Part shown: one piece after another, positions 62,310-64,000 of the stretch
Numbering within the stretch: the first letter of the stretch is position 1
How the letters are laid out: each line of letters starts with the position of its first letter
NCBI GenBank assembly: GCA_942491525.1
Contig: CALOBW010000030.1
Location: forward strand, 291,029-355,028
From: an uncultured Thermodesulfobacteriota bacterium
GTDB lineage: Bacteria > Desulfobacterota > Desulfomonilia > UBA1062
Reading direction: 5' to 3'
Length of the DNA: 64,000 nucleotides
The notes under the pieces: model-generated
Databases searched by the model: none
What the model was told of the DNA's origin: nothing
The model's input: only the letters and a program-made list of their open reading frames with translations
Made by a program: the position numbers and the translations under genes

Positions 62310-64000
62310 TCAGAACTCTTCAAATCCGTCCGACTCGTCCAGGCCGGCCGCCTCAGCCTTGGCCGCAACTGCCGGCTGCCTGACCCGGGGCTCTTGCCGG
62401 CCGGACTGCTGCTGACGCTTGCCGGTCTGCGGCAGCTTAAACATCTCGACAATTGACGCCAGCTGCACGCTCTCGGCCTTCATGCTCTCGGCGGTGCTGG
62501 CCAGCTCCTCGACCACGCTGGCATTGGACTGGGCACTCGTGTCGATGGCCGAGACGGCGCGATTGATCTCATCCATGCTGGTGGCCTGCTCTGCCGAAGA
62601 GGCCGCAATCTCATCAATGGCCTGGGAGAGCACATCCACATGGGCGATGATCTCCTGCAGGGACTCGCCGACCTTGGTGACCATTCCGTCACCGACGGCG
62701 ATCTTGCCCACCGTATCCTCAATCAGGACCCGCACCTCATTGGCGGCATCGCTTGAGCGCTGGGCCAGGGATCTAACCTCTTCGGCTACCACGGCAAAGC
62801 CTTTGCCGTGCTCACCGGCCCTGGCCGCCTCCACGGCCGCATTCAGCGCCAGCAGATTGGTCTGGAAGGCCACCTCATTGACCGAGGTGATAATATCGCC
62901 GATCTTACGCGAGGCTTCCGAGATGGCGCCCATGGCCAGGGTCAGCTCCTGGCCGATCTCGGAGTTGTGCTGCAGGGCCACCTGAGTCTCGACCGCCTTG
63001 GAACGGCTGGCGTCGGCATTCTGGGCGTTCTGCTGAATGGAGGAGGTCAGCTGTTCAATGGTGGCGGCCATCTCTTCCACGGCCGAGGCCTGTTCCTGGG
63101 AGGAGTGGGAGAGCTGATCCGAAGAGGAGCTGACCTCCAGGCTGACGTTCTGCACATACTCGGTGGCGTTGCGGATATCGCCCATGATCCGGCGCAGATT
63201 GACTACCGTGCCCTTGATGGCCTTCATCAGCAGCCCGCTCTCATCACGGCTCTTGACCTCGATCTCGTCGCGCAGGTCGCCTTCGGCCAGGTGGTCGGCC
63301 ACCCCCACCGCCCGGACCAGCGGCCTGGTTATCATGCCGGAGATCAAAACCGCCAGCAGCCCGCCGGCTACCAGGGCAATCAGGCTCATCAGCAGAGCCA
63401 CCCGGCTGCGGGATTTGGCACTTGCGGCAGTCATCACCAGATCTGCAGCCGCCGCCTCTTCGCTCTGCGTCATAATTGTTTCAACTTCCGGTTCGATCTT
63501 ATGCACGGCGGCCCGCATGGCCGAGGTCAGCTCCGCTATCCGCCTGTCCTCGGCCACCAGCGCGTCAAAGGAGCGCCGGTAACTGCCGACCCCGGACTCT
63601 ATTCCGCTTATGCCCGACTGACGGGCAACCTGCAGCAGATTCTCCAAATTTTCATGGGTGCCGCCGACATACTTGTCTAAACCGCGCAGCAGGTAATCCT
63701 TCTCACTGCGGCGCACCTGCAGCAGGGCCACCATCACACCCGGAACCCGGTTCTGCTGCACAACCTCCTCCAGATCATGCACCACGTCCCTGAAAGCGCC
63801 CTGCAGACCCGACTCATGGTCCAGGCCGCGTTTCTGCCAGGCCGCCACCAGATCCTTGAAGGCCACCTCATAGGCTTGCGCATCGCGGATGATCTCCTTG
63901 GCCGCGGCTACATATTCAGCATGACGCGGTTCCTCTCCGGCATGTTCGGCAGCCATATCAACAATCGCCTGGGCCTCGTGCTTAAGCTGCGCAAGATTGC
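62310..64000 (-). CDS. Methyl-accepting chemotaxis protein, 5'-truncated by the window edge
   Basis: It carries HAMP plus the MCP signalling domain ([39 protein letters not shown]) and a C-terminal acidic tail ending GFEEF. The frame is open upstream of the ATG at 63956 to the window end. Confidence 0.8.
   Translation of the reverse strand, partial: NLAQLKHEAQAIVDMAAEHAGEEPRHAEYVAAAKEIIRDAQAYEVAFKDLVAAWQKRGLDHESGLQGAFRDVVHDLEEVVQQNRVPGVMVALLQVRRSEKDYLLRGLDKYVGGTHENLENLLQVARQSGISGIESGVGSYRRSFDALVAEDRRIAELTSAMRAAVHKIEPEVETIMTQSEEAAAADLVMTAASAKSRSRVALLMSLIALVAGGLLAVLISGMITRPLVRAVGVADHLAEGDLRDEIEVKSRDESGLLMKAIKGTVVNLRRIMGDIRNATEYVQNVSLEVSSSSDQLSHSSQEQASAVEEMAATIEQLTSSIQQNAQNADASRSKAVETQVALQHNSEIGQELTLAMGAISEASRKIGDIITSVNEVAFQTNLLALNAAVEAARAGEHGKGFAVVAEEVRSLAQRSSDAANEVRVLIEDTVGKIAVGDGMVTKVGESLQEIIAHVDVLSQAIDEIAASSAEQATSMDEINRAVSAIDTSAQSNASVVEELASTAESMKAESVQLASIVEMFKLPQTGKRQQQSGRQEPRVRQPAVAAKAEAAGLDESDGFEEF

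Noticed and set aside
1-64000. Search for CRISPR arrays, tRNA/rRNA genes, integrases/transposases and toxin-antitoxin pairs
   Set aside because: None was recognised. There are no regularly spaced direct repeats, no cloverleaf-compatible conserved tRNA boxes in the intergenic regions, and no recombinase motifs. The low-GC patches lack mobility genes.

Overview
High-GC (~60-65%) chromosomal segment from an anaerobic bacterium. A sensory [FeFe]-hydrogenase/Rex module, HypA/HypB, small CbiX, MsrAB and HME-RND efflux genes suggest a Desulfobacterota/deltaproteobacterium-like sulfate reducer or syntroph; this is an inference. The window is gene-dense and mostly core-like. It includes: a 5'-truncated YfcC-type transporter, L-serine dehydratase, a NifX-like protein, two chemoreceptors (one truncated at the window end), a CusCBA-type heavy-metal RND efflux operon, a GGDEF cyclase, msrAB, gluQ, and several TetR/PadR/Rex/STAND regulators. 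There are also several lower-GC patches that look horizontally acquired: a Gp37/Gp68 gene fused onto the 3' end of an S1P-lyase-like PLP enzyme, an MBOAT/DltD-like/YgdI cell-surface cassette, and an RDD-protein islet. The most notable items are: (i) two tandem paralogous lipoprotein genes whose 3' UTRs share a structured element with compensatory base changes, and whose 5' leaders are long and conserved; (ii) an hfs/HydS-like regulatory module, transcribed on the minus strand as Rex, a 2Fe-2S thioredoxin-like ferredoxin, a PAS-containing sensory [FeFe]-hydrogenase, a PP2C phosphatase, a second 2Fe-2S ferredoxin, and a second [FeFe]-hydrogenase-like protein; (iii) a hypB / large GltD-like Fe-S flavoprotein / hypA operon with no [NiFe]-hydrogenase structural gene in view; (iv) a deletion junction fusing a truncated lipoprotein paralog out of frame to a 5'-truncated Cache sensor with a C-terminal Zn-ribbon; (v) an in-frame TGA in a nucleoside-2-deoxyribosyltransferase-like gene; and (vi) short duplicated fragments and direct repeats at the edges of an AT-rich islet. 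No rRNA, tRNA, CRISPR array or intact transposase/integrase was recognised. Many long ORFs in the supplied track are antisense artefacts of high GC content.
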